DNA from: Amycolatopsis rhabdoformis
GTDB taxonomy: Bacteria > Actinomycetota > Actinomycetes > Mycobacteriales > Pseudonocardiaceae
NCBI RefSeq assembly: GCF_035918295.1
Contig: NZ_CP142149.1
Location: 4,717,591 to 4,741,590 of the forward strand
Length of the DNA: 24,000 bases
Direction of reading: 5' to 3'
The notes below the pieces were generated by a model, which did no database searches, was not told the origin of the DNA, and saw nothing but the letters and a program-made list of their open reading frames with translations. Positions 22,411 through 24,000 of the stretch are shown piece after piece (position 1 is the first letter of the stretch; each line of letters begins with the position of its first letter). The position numbers and the translations under genes were made by a program.

Positions 22411-23409
22411 CTACTCGGGTTTCACCCGGTACGGATCGAGCGCGGCCGTGGGCTCCCGGCCGACGAACTCGCCGGCGGACCGCCACATCTCCCGTTCGCC
22501 GGCGAGCTGCCCGGGCAGCGTGAGCTTGAGGGCCTCGGCCAGCGGCGCGCGCCCGAGGTTCACCATCGCTCGCACGGCGCCGGCCCACTCGTCCGTGGCC
22601 ACCACGGCCACGCGGTACCAGACCGCGGCCAGCACCAGCAGCGCCACCAGAGCGCCGGCCGTGACCCACGGCAGCTCGGCCCACCCGCCGATGAGGGTGA
22701 CGGCGGCCGCCACCGCGACCAGCACGTGGCCGTAGAGCAGGCTGACGAAGAAGTCGACGTTCGTGCGCCCGTCCTCCACCTGCTTGCGCACGGGTTCGGG
22801 GACGACCGCGTTGAGCTCGTGCCAGAGCACCTGCGAATCGAGCAGGTAGCGGTCGTGGCCGTACTCCTCGAAGCGGCGGATCGCGTTGCCCAGCCGGGTC
22901 GCGGCGATCTGCGCGTCGCTCGGGAAACGGCGCAGGCGTTCGGTGAGCAGCGCGTGCCAGACCGCGCCCTTGCGCGCGTCGCGAGCGACGTACGGGCCGA
23001 GCACCGGGTGGCGCCGGAACGCCTCCAACACCGGCCGGTCCGCCTCGGCCAGCCGCCCGGCCTCGTCGCGGCGCGCCAGCGTGACCGCGTCGACCCGGTT
23101 GCGCAGCAGGTGCTTGCGCGCGAGCTGCCGCCGGCACCGCGCGCGGAACAGCCGGCCGGGCCAGCCGAGATAGCCTTCGAGCACGCGGTAGAGCGGCGTC
23201 TGCAGCGCCGCGAGCACCAGGCCCAGCATCGCCGTGGCCAGCACCGCGATGACCGCCGTCCACCCCGCGTCGATGTTCAGCGCCCCGACCCGCCGCGGCC
23301 CCGGCGCGACCACCACGCCGAACACCACCACGTTGATCAGGCTCGGCAGGATCCACCCGACCAGCAACGCCCGCGCGCCACCGAGGGCGCCTTGGAGGAT
23401 TCCGTTCAC
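22411..23409 (-). CDS. Uncharacterised membrane protein (332 aa): two N-terminal and two C-terminal TM helices flanking a soluble Arg-rich helical core
   Basis: GC3 is high throughout. GTG 23409 lies 6 nt after the upstream stop codon. TM segments include ALLVGWILPSLINVVVFGVVVA, WTAVIAVLATAMLGLVLAAL, FFVSLLYGHVLVAVAAAVTLI and WVTAGALVALLVLAAVWY. I recognise no domain. Confidence 0.7.
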   Translation of the reverse strand: MNGILQGALGGARALLVGWILPSLINVVVFGVVVAPGPRRVGALNIDAGWTAVIAVLATAMLGLVLAALQTPLYRVLEGYLGWPGRLFRARCRRQLARKHLLRNRVDAVTLARRDEAGRLAEADRPVLEAFRRHPVLGPYVARDARKGAVWHALLTERLRRFPSDAQIAATRLGNAIRRFEEYGHDRYLLDSQVLWHELNAVVPEPVRKQVEDGRTNVDFFVSLLYGHVLVAVAAAVTLIGGWAELPWVTAGALVALLVLAAVWYRVAVVATDEWAGAVRAMVNLGRAPLAEALKLTLPGQLAGEREMWRSAGEFVGREPTAALDPYRVKPE

Positions 23410-23415
23410 GGGGCG

Positions 23416-24000
23416 CTATCCCCGGCCTTTCAGGCGGCGCAGGAGCCGGCGCCAGGCCGGGTCGCGCAGGTCGTCGTAGGGTCCGGGCACGGTGGGGTGC
23501 CTCGCGCTGTCGGTCATCTCGTACCGTTCCGGCCCGACCTGCGGTCCTGGCGACGGGCGACCCCAGGGCTGCGGGATCACCGGCGGCCCGGGCGGTAACG
23601 CGGTGGCTTCTTGCCAGGGTGAGGTCGGTGGGGCCTGGCTCGTGACCTCGAACGCCGGCCCGGGCTGCTCGGCGCCTTCCGTCGTGGAGGACCCGAACGG
23701 CGGTCCGGGCGGCACCCCGCCCTGTTGCGGCTGCGAGTGCGGGTACGCCTGCCACGCCGCCGCGGAGCCGTAGTCGACCACTCTCGAAGCCTCCGCAGAA
23801 AACGGCGGCCCCGGAGGCAGGCTTCCGTAGCCACCTTGGCTCGAGGCCGCATTCGTGTCCGGGGGCGACGCCGTGGGTGGTCCGTACGGCCGAGTGCGGC
23901 GGCCGATGAAGGGCGGGGTTCCCGAGCTCGAGTCGTCGACGGAGAGCGGCGGGCCGGGGGGTCGGATGCCCGCTGGGCCGGCCGACTCGGGCGGCGTGGG
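23416..24000 (-). CDS. Proline-rich, probably disordered protein; the 5' end lies beyond the window
   Basis: Hand translation shows the frame of the 23416..23781 ORF stays open to position 24000: PTPPESAGPAGIRPPGPPLSVDDSSSGTPPFIGRRTRPYGPPTASPPDTNAASSQGGYGSLPPGPPFSAEASRVVDYG.... GC3 is high. A PPGPP motif occurs four times. The C-terminal tail is basic: RDPAWRRLLRRLKGRG. Confidence 0.55.
   Translation of the reverse strand, partial: PTPPESAGPAGIRPPGPPLSVDDSSSGTPPFIGRRTRPYGPPTASPPDTNAASSQGGYGSLPPGPPFSAEASRVVDYGSAAAWQAYPHSQPQQGGVPPGPPFGSSTTEGAEQPGPAFEVTSQAPPTSPWQEATALPPGPPVIPQPWGRPSPGPQVGPERYEMTDSARHPTVPGPYDDLRDPAWRRLLRRLKGRG

Overview
This is a high-G+C, actinomycete-type chromosomal window. 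The gene families suggest Pseudonocardiaceae or Streptomyces-like, but that taxon guess is inference only. I support about 23 protein genes. They are mostly regulators, transporters and oxidoreductases: two tandem LAL/MalT-type LuxR regulators, an AI-2E transporter, an MmyB-like regulator next to a GMC oxidoreductase, a MerR/GyrI regulator next to an MFS exporter, an Rrf2 regulator, an ECF sigma factor, a MocR regulator and two NAD(P)-binding Rossmann enzymes. The standout is the 556-nt gap at 14282-14837, which no ORF explains. It lies directly upstream of a TROVE+vWA gene (bacterial Ro60 orthologue, rsr). It holds three tandem structured-RNA modules that share one conserved core. Two of them carry a circularly permuted tRNA-like domain in the order T-arm, capped acceptor-like hairpin, D-arm. 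This is the architecture described for bacterial YrlA-type Y RNAs. The third is a short module in which a 10-nt loop replaces the tRNA-like part. The last module ends 27 nt before the rsr start codon. A 19-bp hairpin followed by a 16-17-nt iteron-like array sits just after the rsr stop codon. Secondary observations: a mirrored pair of MerR-type promoter/operator modules, lineage-specific A-rich inserts inside both LAL regulators, a proline-rich protein translationally coupled to a 4-TM protein at the right edge, and a lower-G+C patch at the left edge. All family assignments come from reading motifs in the supplied translations. No database search or RNA folding program was run.
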